NCBI GenBank assembly: GCA_045594005.1
Contig: JAZNXT010000138.1
Span: 9,034-73,033, forward strand
DNA from: Victivallales bacterium
Lineage (GTDB): Bacteria; Verrucomicrobiota; Lentisphaeria; Victivallales; UBA1829
DNA length: 64,000 bases
Direction: 5' to 3'
In this document: piece by piece, positions 28,756 to 37,701 of the stretch
Numbering within the stretch: the first letter of the stretch is position 1
Layout: every line of letters starts with the position of its first letter
Translations under genes and position numbers: made by a program
Notes under the pieces: generated by a model
Databases searched by the model: none
What the model was told of the DNA's origin: nothing
What the model saw: only the letters and a program-made list of their open reading frames with translations

Positions 28756-29733
28756 ATGAACCGGATCATTGTCACAGGGGGAGCGGGATTTATCGGATCG
28801 GCACTGGTGCGCTGGCTGATCCGGGAAACCGGTGATGCTGTCTGCGTGCTGGATAAACTCACTTACGCCGGGAATCCGGACGCATTGGCAGAAGTCGCCG
28901 CAGATCCGCGTTACAATTTCGTGAAAATGGATATCTGCGACCGCGCCGGAGTCCGGAAACTTTTTGCAGATTTCAAGCCGACTCACATTATGCACCTTGC
29001 GGCGGAATCCCACGTGGACCGCTCCATTGCATCCGGAGAAGAATTCATCCGCACCAATATCGACGGCACATTCAATCTGCTGGAAGCGGCACGGGAATAC
29101 GGAAAACTGGTCATGTTTCACCATATTTCCACCGATGAAGTGTATGGAGATCTGCAGGAAGGCGCGTTCACGGAAGAAAGCCCTGTCCGCCCCAGCAGTC
29201 CCTATTCCGCCAGCAAAGCGGCTGCCGATCATCTTGTCCGTGCCTGGTATCGCACTTACGGACTGCCGACCATCGTAACAAACTGTTCCAATAATTTCGG
29301 ACCGTGGCAGCATCCGGAAAAACTGATCCCCCACATGATCCACCATGCCGTCACCGGGCAATCGCTGCCGATTTACGGCAACGGATGTCAGGTGCGGGAC
29401 TGGCTGTATGTGGAAGACCATGTCCGCGCCCTGTATCTTGCGGTGACGCGCGGCAAAGCGGGCAGCACCTACAACATCGGAGCAAACTGCGAATACAGGA
29501 ATATCGATCTTGTGAAAAAGATCTGCGGCATACTGGATGAACTCAAGCCCCGTCCGGACGGAAAATCTTATACGGAACAGATCGAATTCGTGGCAGACCG
29601 TCCCGGACACGATGTGCGCTATGCCATCAATGCAGGAAAGATCAGAAAAGATTTACACTGGCTGCCGGAATTTGATTTTGAAACGGCACTACGCAAAACC
29701 GTGATATGGTATCTCAATAAAGGGTCTTTCTGA
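28756..29733 (+). CDS. rfbB: dTDP-glucose 4,6-dehydratase
   Basis: Trimmed from a TTG-extended track ORF to ATG 28756. It has [20 protein letters not shown] and [12 protein letters not shown] (YxxxK). The C-terminus is typical of RmlB. Confidence 0.93.
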   Translation: MNRIIVTGGAGFIGSALVRWLIRETGDAVCVLDKLTYAGNPDALAEVAADPRYNFVKMDICDRAGVRKLFADFKPTHIMHLAAESHVDRSIASGEEFIRTNIDGTFNLLEAAREYGKLVMFHHISTDEVYGDLQEGAFTEESPVRPSSPYSASKAAADHLVRAWYRTYGLPTIVTNCSNNFGPWQHPEKLIPHMIHHAVTGQSLPIYGNGCQVRDWLYVEDHVRALYLAVTRGKAGSTYNIGANCEYRNIDLVKKICGILDELKPRPDGKSYTEQIEFVADRPGHDVRYAINAGKIRKDLHWLPEFDFETALRKTVIWYLNKGSF

Positions 29734-31186
29734 TCAGATCGCGCCAGACTGTTTCGCCCGCCGCCTGACGGAATACAGAAAACGAGGCGAGGCAGGTTCC
29801 CATCACTCCCGGCACCAATGCACTCTGACCTGCCGCAAAAAAGTTTTCCGCCGGCAGTTTCCCGAACAGCCGTGCCTGACCGCAGATGCTCCGGGTTCCG
29901 TAAGCACTGCCCGTGGGCGGATCGTAGTCCAGACAAGTCAGCGGGGAACCGGATTCCACAACTGTGAGATGGTCTTTCAGCTGCGGATAAATGCCGGTGA
30001 TCTCCTGTTGGATCTCATCACAAAGATGCGTCTTGAAGTTCTGATATTCCTCCTGTTTCAGGCGTTCGCGGTGCGAAATCCTGAATCCTTCCGGCAAATG
30101 TTCCAGCCGCATGGTGCGGAACGCGGAAATGGAAGTTTTGCCGTCTTCACGGCTGATCTGGATCCCGGTACTGGAGGAATTTCTGCCGTCCAGCAGGATC
30201 GAATCCACATCGTTTGCAGTAAAATAAGAGGTCAGCCCTGCGGGTATCTCCACACCATCATCCACCAGAAAATAGGCACAGAAAAAGCTGCAGGATTCCT
30301 GCATCCGCCGGACACGCCGCAGGAAGGACGGTGTGCGTGCATTTTCCGGCAGTAAAGACGCGATGGCAGAAGGGTGTACAGTGAAAAACACCTGCTCCAC
30401 GGAAACGCTGGAACCATCGGAAAAATATGCGGTATTTTCGTCTTTGAACGGCAGAAGTTCCGCAGAGGTACGGATCTCGATATCCAGTTTTGCCGCTTCC
30501 CGTTTGAATCCGTCGATCATGGAATCGCCGCCGCGATGCGGACGGGCAAGATCGTGATGCAGCGCGTAGGATACCCGTGCATGAAAACTCACAGGTGCTT
30601 CATTGAAGGGCGTTCCGTGGCACATGGCAAAACTGCCTGCGGCAGTCATTGCGGCGGGATCGGTCAAATTCAATTCATTGCGCCAGACTTCCTCCACCGT
30701 TTGGATATCGCTGCCGGAAATGGTCAGTTCCAGCGGGGAAAGATCCCGCAGATCCGCCATGGGAGTGCTTTGCCAGATTTGCCGTTCCTGTTCAAAAAGT
30801 TTGCGGAGCGCATCGGCGGAACCGGGGAACGCGCGGCAGAATATATCTTCCGTCCCGGCATGTCCGCATCCGGCGGGCAGAAAAATATCGTGTGCGCCGT
30901 CCCGGAGGACGATCCGGTGGGGGATGGGTGTTCCGCCGACCATATCATCCATTCCCAATATCTGCATCATTTGAGTCATCACACCGGAAAAACCGCCGGT
31001 AAAATGATAGCCGGTATCGAAAAACGCGCCTTTGCGTCTGAACCGCCGCAGATATCCGCCGATCTCCGGCTGGGAATCAACAAGCAGCACCGGTCTTCCG
31101 GTCTTTGCCAGCAGCAGAGCGAGGGTCATGCCGCCGGCACCTGCACCGACGACCAGTGTTTTTTTTCTGTGAGCAACGGGAATCAT
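29714..31186 (-). CDS. CrtI/phytoene-desaturase-like FAD-dependent oxidoreductase
   Basis: 490 aa with the N-terminal dinucleotide fold [40 protein letters not shown] overlap with the fabG stop. Its 3' end overlaps the convergent rfbB by 20 nt. Confidence 0.8.
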   Translation of the reverse strand: MIPVAHRKKTLVVGAGAGGMTLALLLAKTGRPVLLVDSQPEIGGYLRRFRRKGAFFDTGYHFTGGFSGVMTQMMQILGMDDMVGGTPIPHRIVLRDGAHDIFLPAGCGHAGTEDIFCRAFPGSADALRKLFEQERQIWQSTPMADLRDLSPLELTISGSDIQTVEEVWRNELNLTDPAAMTAAGSFAMCHGTPFNEAPVSFHARVSYALHHDLARPHRGGDSMIDGFKREAAKLDIEIRTSAELLPFKDENTAYFSDGSSVSVEQVFFTVHPSAIASLLPENARTPSFLRRVRRMQESCSFFCAYFLVDDGVEIPAGLTSYFTANDVDSILLDGRNSSSTGIQISREDGKTSISAFRTMRLEHLPEGFRISHRERLKQEEYQNFKTHLCDEIQQEITGIYPQLKDHLTVVESGSPLTCLDYDPPTGSAYGTRSICGQARLFGKLPAENFFAAGQSALVPGVMGTCLASFSVFRQAAGETVWRDLIRKTLY

Positions 31187-31911
31187 ATCACCAGACCGCC
31201 GTTGACGGCAATGACCTGACCGTGGATATAGGTGCTGTCCGGTCCGCAGAGGAAGCTGACCACTCCTGCGATCTCCTCCGTTTTTCCGGCACGGTGCAGC
31301 GGGATCAGCGGCAGGAATTGTTCTTTTGGCAGATCTCTGGTCATATCCGTTTCGATCACGCCGGGCGCGACCACATTCACCAGGATCCCTTTTCTGCCGA
31401 CTTCCCGCGCCAATGCCTTTGCCGCTCCGATGAGCGCGGCTTTGGATGCAGAATAATTCACCTGCCCCGCCTGTCCGGTCTGACCGGATGCCGAACTGAT
31501 GATCACGATCCTTCCCCGTTTTTTTGCCAGCATCCCGAAGACCAGCGGCTGAACGGTGTTGTAGAATCCCTCCAGATTGGTGGAGAGAACGTTATCCCAT
31601 TCATTTTCATCCATAAACACAAAAAGATTGTCCCGGCTGATCCCGGAATTGTAGATCACTGCATCCGGCGGAGCATCGGAAGGGAAGGCTTCAGCAAGGA
31701 CGGCACGGGATCCGGAGCGGTCGCACACATCCAATTCCAGGATAGTGGCAGAACTGCCCGCTTCGGAGACCGCCTGAACGAGAGATTCCGAATCGCTGCC
31801 TTTTTTCCGGCAGGTGGCAAAAATATCGAATCCGTCTTTTGCAAGGCGGATGGCGATGGCGCGGCCGATCCCGCGGCAGCCGCCGATGATGAGAGCTTTT
31901 TTCGTATTCAC
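31183..31911 (-). CDS. fabG: 3-oxoacyl-ACP reductase (SDR)
   Basis: 242 aa with KALIIGGCRGIGRAIA and YSASKAALIGAAKAL (YxxxK). It sits between the KS and the oxidoreductase in one operon. Confidence 0.9.
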   Translation of the reverse strand: MNTKKALIIGGCRGIGRAIAIRLAKDGFDIFATCRKKGSDSESLVQAVSEAGSSATILELDVCDRSGSRAVLAEAFPSDAPPDAVIYNSGISRDNLFVFMDENEWDNVLSTNLEGFYNTVQPLVFGMLAKKRGRIVIISSASGQTGQAGQVNYSASKAALIGAAKALAREVGRKGILVNVVAPGVIETDMTRDLPKEQFLPLIPLHRAGKTEEIAGVVSFLCGPDSTYIHGQVIAVNGGLVI

Positions 31912-31917
31912 TGTTTT

Positions 31918-33165
31918 TCACTCCTTCCAGCGTCTGAACAGCAATGCGGTGTTGTGACCGCCGAAGCCCAGACTGTTGACTATGGCATATTCTGTATTGA
32001 CTTGTTTTGCATCCAATGCCGTCACATCCAGATCACATTCCGGATCCTGATCTGTACAGTTGATGGTGGGCGGCACGATCCCCGTGCGCAAAGTCTGAAT
32101 GGCAGAGATCGCGCCGATGGGTCCGGATGCACCGATGGTATGACCGATCATACTCTTGATGGAGTTCACGGCAATATGGTCTGCGTGCGTGCCGAATACA
32201 CTGCGGATCGCACGACATTCGCTGACATCGTTGGCTTTTGTGGCGGTCCCGTGGGCGGCGATATGCCCGATTTCTTCCGGTACGCAACCGCCGTGACACA
32301 TGGCTGTTTTCATGGCACGGGCAATACCGTCCCCTGCGGGATCGGGTGCAGTGATATGATATGCGTCGCAGGTCGCACCGTATCCGGCAAATTCCGCCAA
32401 TATTTCCGCGCCCCGTTTCCGGGCGTGTTCCAATTCCTCCAGCACCAGAAGACCTGCTCCTTCGGAAAAGACGAAACCATCCCGGTTTTTATCAAACGGA
32501 CGGCTTGCTTTCTGCGGATCGTCATTGCGCGTACTCAACGCCGTGAGTGCCGCAAATCCGGAAAGGAGAGAAGGCGTGATACAGGCTTCCGAACCGCCTG
32601 CAAGCATCACATCCGCATCCCCCCGTTTGATCATCCAGAACGCCTCTCCAAGACCGTGCGCACCGGAGGCGCAGGCGGAAGCCGCAGAAAAATTGCATCC
32701 TTTGAACCCGTAACGGATCCCCAGTATCCCGGAGGCATTGTTGGAAATGAAGGTGGGGATGTAAAACGCGGAAACGCCGGACGCACCGCGGTTGGCACAG
32801 GCAATGATATTTTTTTCCAGCACCTCCAGACCGCCGGATCCGGATGCGGCAAGAACGCCGCAGCGATAAAGATCCAGCGCAGGATCATGGGGTCCCAGTC
32901 CCGCTTGTGTCATGGCTTCGTGAGCGGCGGCAACGGCAAAGCGGGTGTACCGGGCAAACCGCCGTTCCTCTTTTTTATTCACATTCTGCAATTCCAGATC
33001 GCGTACTTCGCCGCCGAATCTCACCGGCATACCGGACACATCAAAAAGGGTGAGCGGCGCGATCCCGCTTCTGCCGTGGATCAGCGTATCCCACAAGGCA
33101 TCCACACTGTTTCCGCCGCAGGAAACGGATCCCATCCCGGTAATGACGACACGCCGTTCTTTCAT
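31918..33165 (-). CDS. beta-ketoacyl-ACP synthase (FabF/FabB-type, Cys-His-His)
   Basis: Trimmed to ATG 33165 (AGGAGA RBS), giving MKERRVVITGMG. The active-site contexts are SACASG, AAHGTATKAND and IGHTIGASG. ATGA overlap with the upstream hydrolase stop. Confidence 0.92.
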   Translation of the reverse strand: MKERRVVITGMGSVSCGGNSVDALWDTLIHGRSGIAPLTLFDVSGMPVRFGGEVRDLELQNVNKKEERRFARYTRFAVAAAHEAMTQAGLGPHDPALDLYRCGVLAASGSGGLEVLEKNIIACANRGASGVSAFYIPTFISNNASGILGIRYGFKGCNFSAASACASGAHGLGEAFWMIKRGDADVMLAGGSEACITPSLLSGFAALTALSTRNDDPQKASRPFDKNRDGFVFSEGAGLLVLEELEHARKRGAEILAEFAGYGATCDAYHITAPDPAGDGIARAMKTAMCHGGCVPEEIGHIAAHGTATKANDVSECRAIRSVFGTHADHIAVNSIKSMIGHTIGASGPIGAISAIQTLRTGIVPPTINCTDQDPECDLDVTALDAKQVNTEYAIVNSLGFGGHNTALLFRRWKE

Positions 33166-34169
33166 TGTTTTTCTCCTGTAAAGCCGTGTTGTTTCAGCCA
33201 ATCCAGCAATTCGCCGGACCATTTTGCAGTTTCCGGGAATTTTTCTTTTTCGCGTGCGGTCATCAACCCCATTCCATGGGGACCGTGTTCATAAATGATG
33301 GTTTTATGGTCGATATTGTTTTCCGTGAGCGCACGATCCAGCATCCGTGCATTTTCCGGATCCACGCAGGTATCCTCCAATGTCTGCCACAAAAATGACG
33401 GGGGGAAATCCGGAGTGATCTGCTGTTCCAGAGAAAGTTTCTTCACCAGTTCATCCGGCGGATTTTTTCCGATGAGATTGGCGCGGCTTATGGCGTGGGC
33501 ATATCCTTTTTCCATCGTCACCACCGGATAACAGAACACCACAAAATCGGGCGTGGCGCGTACCTGATCCACCGGATCGTTTTCCGGAAGGGTGTGTGCA
33601 GTGGGTTCCCGCCAGGTGCAGGCAAGCCCTGCAAGATGTCCGCCTGCGGAAAATCCCATAGTACCGATCCGGTCGGGATCGATCCCGAGCTGCGGCGCAT
33701 AATAACGGATCAGCCGGATCACACGCTGTGCGGATTCCACCATTGCCGGATGGCGTTTGAAATGCCCGAACATGGAACCGAGGGGATATTTCACCGCGAT
33801 CCCGGCAATACCGTTTTGAGCGAGAAATTCTGCGATCGCGCGTCCTTCCTTCTCAAAAGCCAGCACACCGTATGCGCCGCCGGGATACACGATCACCGCG
33901 GGGATCTTTCCGGCAGATCTTTTTTCCGGCAGATGAATGGTAAAACAGTTCATCCCGTCATCATCAAAGATATGATAAAAGCGTTGTTTTTTTTCTTGCG
34001 GAGCGTGGGGAACAGCATCATTTTTCCGGTTGGGAAAAGAAAAGAGAAATGCCAGATTGTGGCGGATCTTTGTAAAATAATCGACCACGGGCGTAAAAAT
34101 GCTGCGTGTTTCCGGTTGCTGTGCCGTCATAGCGGATCCTGTCCTGTTGCTTTGAAATTTTCTGTTCAT
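33162..34169 (-). CDS. alpha/beta hydrolase (esterase/lipase-like)
   Basis: It has the GFSAGGHLA nucleophile elbow and an oxyanion-type VIVYPGGAYG. The start is uncertain (ATG 34169 or 34130). The track start at 34283 would run through the strong plus-strand promoter at 34272-34300. Confidence 0.75.
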   Translation of the reverse strand: MNRKFQSNRTGSAMTAQQPETRSIFTPVVDYFTKIRHNLAFLFSFPNRKNDAVPHAPQEKKQRFYHIFDDDGMNCFTIHLPEKRSAGKIPAVIVYPGGAYGVLAFEKEGRAIAEFLAQNGIAGIAVKYPLGSMFGHFKRHPAMVESAQRVIRLIRYYAPQLGIDPDRIGTMGFSAGGHLAGLACTWREPTAHTLPENDPVDQVRATPDFVVFCYPVVTMEKGYAHAISRANLIGKNPPDELVKKLSLEQQITPDFPPSFLWQTLEDTCVDPENARMLDRALTENNIDHKTIIYEHGPHGMGLMTAREKEKFPETAKWSGELLDWLKQHGFTGEKQ

Positions 34170-34271
34170 CAATAATGTCAATATATAATAAATTGCAGAA
34201 AAATCAAGTATTCCACCGTTTTTTTCTGTGCGGCGGATCGAATTTTTTTGAAAAAAAATGAGAATCACATC

Positions 34272-34300
34272 TTGACAAATCATCAGTCACGGTGTAGAAT
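34272..34300 (+). promoter_or_regulatory. sigma70-like promoter of the Phe-leader / DAHP synthase-pheA operon
   Basis: TTGACA (34272-34277), a 17-nt spacer, then TAGAAT (34295-34300). It lies about 30 nt upstream of the leader ATG. Confidence 0.55.
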
Positions 34301-34332
34301 AAATGGAGTAAACAACAGGAAATATCAACAAA

Positions 34333-34425
34333 ATGAATCTGAACAGCAAGTTTTTCTTTTACTTTTTCAGCTTCGCTTTCTTCTTTAGAACGCGGAGTCC
34401 GCTTGCTGTTGCTTCTTCCATTTGA
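34333..34425 (+). CDS. Phe-rich leader peptide (pheL-like)
   Basis: Hand translation gives ATG AAT CTG AAC AGC AAG TTT TTC TTT TAC TTT TTC AGC TTC GCT TTC TTC TTT AGA ACG CGG AGT CCG CTT GCT GTT GCT TCT TCC ATT TGA, i.e. MNLNSKFFFYFFSFAFFFRTRSPLAVASSI. Nine Phe and one Tyr fall within 12 residues. It sits directly upstream of a terminator/antiterminator and of pheA. Confidence 0.7.
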   Translation: MNLNSKFFFYFFSFAFFFRTRSPLAVASSI

Positions 34426-34455
34426 TCCTGAACCAGGAAAAACAACAAAATACGG

Positions 34456-34490
34456 ACTCCGCTCCTGACAAAGGCAGCGGAGTTTTTTTT
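34456..34490 (+). terminator. attenuator terminator upstream of DAHP synthase-pheA
   Basis: ACTCCGCT (34456-63) pairs with AGCGGAGT (34476-83), 8 perfect bp, followed by a T8 run to 34490. The competing 10-bp helix is GCGGAGTCCG (34392-34401) with CGGACTCCGC (34453-34462). Confidence 0.8.
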
Positions 34491-34548
34491 ATGCAGAAAA
34501 ACAATAAAAAGATCATCAGAACATAACAAAATGAAAGGACACTGAAAA

Positions 34549-35574
34549 ATGATCATCATCCTCAAAGAGAATCCCGAAGCAAAACAAATGAACGATCTTT
34601 CCGCATGGCTGCAGGAACAGGGAGTGGAACTCCACGCCACCAAAGGGCTGCATCAGACCATCCTCGGATTGATCGGTGATACCTCCCGTATCGATATCGA
34701 TCTGATCAAACAGATGGATATTGTGGACGATGTGAAACGCGTGCAGGAACCTTTCAAATGCGCCAACCGCAAATTCCACCCGCTGGATACAAAGATCACG
34801 CTGAAAAACGGTACCGTGATCGGCGGCGGTAATATGACCGTGATGGCAGGTCCCTGCTCCGTGGAATCGGAAGAACAGATCATTACCGTGGCACAGAGCG
34901 TGAAGGCTTCCGGAGCAAATCTTCTCCGTGGCGGTGCTTTCAAACCCCGTACATCGCCTTACGCGTTCCAGGGTTTGCGCGGCGAAGGGATCCGCCTCCT
35001 GCTGGAAGCAAAAAAAGTTACCGGTCTGCCCATCGTCACAGAGATCATGGATCTTTCCCAGCTGGACCTTTTTGCGGATGTGGATGTGATTCAGGTAGGC
35101 GCACGCAATATGCAGAACTTTGAACTGCTCAAACAGTTGGGACATTGCAAGAAACCCATTCTGCTGAAACGCGGGCTGGCAAATACGTATCAGGAACTGC
35201 TGATGAGTGCCGAATATATCATGGCATCCGGCAATGAATCGGTGATGCTCTGCGAACGCGGGATCCGCACATTCGAGACCTACACACGGAATACGCTGGA
35301 TATTTCCGCAATCCCCGCCCTCAAGACGCTCTCCCATCTGCCGGTGATCATCGACCCCAGCCACGCGGCGGGTCACGCACGGTTCGTCAATCCCCTCGCC
35401 CTTTCCGCCATCGCGGCGGGTGCGGATGGGTTGATCATTGAAGTCCACAACAATCCCTCCAAAGCGTTGTGCGACGGTGTGCAATCTCTCACCATGGAAG
35501 ATTTCGCCGCCCTCATGCCCCGTCTGAATGTGATGAAAGATGCCCGCATGACCTGCGAAACGATAGGAAAATAA
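34549..35574 (+). CDS. 3-deoxy-7-phosphoheptulonate (DAHP) synthase, type I-beta with N-terminal ferredoxin-like regulatory domain
   Basis: 341 aa. Core motifs are GPCSVESEEQ and FKPRTSPYAFQGL. The roughly 70-aa N-terminal extension (MIIILKENPEAKQMNDLSAWLQEQGVELH...) resembles that of Thermotoga-type enzymes. Confidence 0.93.
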   Translation: MIIILKENPEAKQMNDLSAWLQEQGVELHATKGLHQTILGLIGDTSRIDIDLIKQMDIVDDVKRVQEPFKCANRKFHPLDTKITLKNGTVIGGGNMTVMAGPCSVESEEQIITVAQSVKASGANLLRGGAFKPRTSPYAFQGLRGEGIRLLLEAKKVTGLPIVTEIMDLSQLDLFADVDVIQVGARNMQNFELLKQLGHCKKPILLKRGLANTYQELLMSAEYIMASGNESVMLCERGIRTFETYTRNTLDISAIPALKTLSHLPVIIDPSHAAGHARFVNPLALSAIAAGADGLIIEVHNNPSKALCDGVQSLTMEDFAALMPRLNVMKDARMTCETIGK

Positions 35575-35577
35575 ATC

Positions 35578-36747
35578 ATGGAAGATCACTATAAAGACGG
35601 AAATATCTCTCCGCTGAAAGAAAGCCGTGCAGAGATCGATACTATTGATTCCGAAATACTTGCGTTGTTTCAGAAACGCATGGATCTCTGCGCAAAAATC
35701 GGTGAAGAAAAACAGGCGCACGGTCTGCCGCTGGAACATCCGGAACGGGAACGGGAAATTTTGCTGAAGGTCACAAAAGATTCCCCCTCCGATCTGGCGG
35801 CATCCGCACGGATGCTTTTCAGTACACTCTTTGAATTGAGCAAAGCCTATCAACGCCGTCTGACTCCGAAAGGTTCGGAATTTGCACGGACACTGCAGCT
35901 TGCGGCGGAAAACGCGGAACACAATTTCCCGGAATCGGCACGGATCGCCTGTTGCGGTCTGCCGGGAGCCTACGCTCAAATCGCAGCAGACCGGATGTTT
36001 CCGCTGGCGGATATTTCCTATTTCAACAGTTTTTCCGCCGTATTTCAGGCAGTGGAAAAAGATTTCTGTTCCTACGGTGTCCTGCCGGTGGAAAATTCCA
36101 GTGCCGGAACCGTGGATGCAGTTTATGACCTGATGAAAGATCACAAGTTCTACATCGTGCGGAGTCTGCGGCTGAAAGTGCGTCATTCCCTGCTGCTGCC
36201 GCCGGGCGTGAAACTTGCCGGTGTGAAAGAAGTCATTTCCCATGAACAGGCATTGAAACAATGCAGCATCCGTCTGAATCAATTTGGGGACATCAAACAG
36301 ACCACAGCACCCTCCACCGCGTGGGCGGCGCGTTATGCGGCGACTTGCGGCAGAAAAGATGTGGCTGTCATTGCCAGTCCGGAGTGTGCGCCGCTTTACG
36401 GTTTGACTCTGGCGGAACGCTCCATTCAAAACAATGATTTCAATTTTACGCGATTCATCTGTATTTCCAAGAAACCGGAGATCTATCACGGCTCCGACCG
36501 GATCAGCATCATGGCGGCATTGCCTCATAAAGCGGGCAGTCTGAACAGCCTGCTTTCCCGGTTCGCCGCACTGGGATTGAACCTGACGAAACTGGAAAGC
36601 CGTCCCATTCCCGGAGAAGATTTTGAATATCTTTTCTACTTTGATTTTGAGGCGGATCTGATGAATGAGGAAGTGCGGTCGCTCCTGGCTGAACTTTCCG
36701 AAGAAAGTGAAAATTTTGTTTTTCTGGGGAATTACCGCTGTCTGTGA
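35578..36747 (+). CDS. pheA: bifunctional chorismate mutase / prephenate dehydratase (P-protein)
   Basis: 389 aa. It has an N-terminal CM helix (LKESRAEIDTIDSEILALFQKRMDL), a PDT domain with the TRF motif (NFTRFICI), and an ACT domain with ESRP (TKLESRPIPG). Confidence 0.93.
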   Translation: MEDHYKDGNISPLKESRAEIDTIDSEILALFQKRMDLCAKIGEEKQAHGLPLEHPEREREILLKVTKDSPSDLAASARMLFSTLFELSKAYQRRLTPKGSEFARTLQLAAENAEHNFPESARIACCGLPGAYAQIAADRMFPLADISYFNSFSAVFQAVEKDFCSYGVLPVENSSAGTVDAVYDLMKDHKFYIVRSLRLKVRHSLLLPPGVKLAGVKEVISHEQALKQCSIRLNQFGDIKQTTAPSTAWAARYAATCGRKDVAVIASPECAPLYGLTLAERSIQNNDFNFTRFICISKKPEIYHGSDRISIMAALPHKAGSLNSLLSRFAALGLNLTKLESRPIPGEDFEYLFYFDFEADLMNEEVRSLLAELSEESENFVFLGNYRCL

Positions 36748-36825
36748 TGTTGAAAAATGCCGCATTTCATGGTATATTAAATGCGGTATGTTTGAGATCT
36801 CAACGGCAGGAAGGAAAATAAAAAG

Positions 36826-37470
36826 ATGTCATACTACACACGATTCACAGAAAACGGCTGGAACCCGGAAGAATGGCAGATCGTGCGCAGTCCGCGGTGG
36901 CTGGATGTGAGCCATTGGGAACAGTACAGCGACCATATTGCAAATTATGTACCTGCCGATTTGAAGCCGGAAGATATGCAGATGGGACGGGATCGCACCG
37001 GAGAAAGTTATATCAGTATGCTTTTGAAAACGCCGGTCAACGGCAGCAGCCGCATTTCCACGGTGTGCGCATTTGACAGCCGCATGGCTCCGCTTCTGGT
37101 TCTTTCCAAAGAATTGGGAGATGTCCACCATGAACATCTGGAAGTGGTTTTGTACGACCGCGGGATCAATCTGTGGCATCACTTTTTCCATGACGGCAAA
37201 CCCTCCTGGAAACTGATCGGATTCATTGAACTGGATCTCAAGATCGGCGAAAAATATACGCTCTCGGCAGAAATGCGCTTTACGCATAAAGGCAAATTTC
37301 TCATCATGGCGTGCAACGAACATTCTTTCGGCTGCCGTATTGCAGACGACTGGAGTGATACTTATTATGTGGGCTTCACCGGCTGTGAAGGCAGAAACCG
37401 TTTTTATGATTTCCGCCTGACTCCCGGTGCAAGTGAATCCGAAGCCATGAAGGAAAGGACATCCGACTGA
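36826..37470 (+). CDS. hypothetical protein
   Basis: 214 aa with a GGAAGGA RBS. The composition looks coding and the antisense ORF looks like a shadow. I recognise no family; it may be a beta-sandwich protein. Confidence 0.65.
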   Translation: MSYYTRFTENGWNPEEWQIVRSPRWLDVSHWEQYSDHIANYVPADLKPEDMQMGRDRTGESYISMLLKTPVNGSSRISTVCAFDSRMAPLLVLSKELGDVHHEHLEVVLYDRGINLWHHFFHDGKPSWKLIGFIELDLKIGEKYTLSAEMRFTHKGKFLIMACNEHSFGCRIADDWSDTYYVGFTGCEGRNRFYDFRLTPGASESEAMKERTSD

Positions 37471-37539
37471 AAAATTTTTATTTGAATTGAAGCGAAAACG
37501 ATTCAGAACTTTTGAGGAATTTTGAAATTACCTCATTCA

Positions 37540-37630
37540 TCATTGCGGGGTGCTGCTGTCAAAAAAACAGCGGCTGAGATCATACCCATTGAACCTGATC
37601 CGGATAATACCGGCGAAGGGAACAATATCA
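37540..37630 (+). promoter_or_regulatory. TPP (THI-box) riboswitch controlling thiC
   Basis: gcGGGGTGCtgctgtc...cagcggCTGAGAtcatACCCattgAACCTGATCcGGATAATaCCgGCGaAGGGAAc matches the conserved TPP aptamer elements in order. It ends about 70 nt before the thiC ATG. Confidence 0.92.
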
Positions 37631-37701
37631 AAACAACTGATTTCCGGCGTTGCATACCAGCCTCCCCCGCGTAAACTCAAAACGAGAAGGAGAAAAGAAG
37701 T

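Noticed and set aside
29714-29733. 20-nt overlap of the 3' ends of convergent rfbB and the CrtI-like gene
   Set aside because: The overlap is real in the sequence, but convergent 3' overlaps are common. I see no terminator or regulatory structure that would make it special.
34516-36765. 749-aa minus-strand ORF spanning the DAHP synthase and pheA region
   Set aside because: It is antisense to two well-supported plus-strand genes. It runs across their intergenic gap and has shadow-like F/H/R/Q-rich composition.
37505-37535. Motif shared with 4015-4037 (tcagRacttttga...attacctc)
   Set aside because: There are only two copies. The second has an 11-nt insertion, and both lie in AT-rich promoter-type DNA. 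I cannot separate this from chance or generic promoter composition without genome-wide counts.
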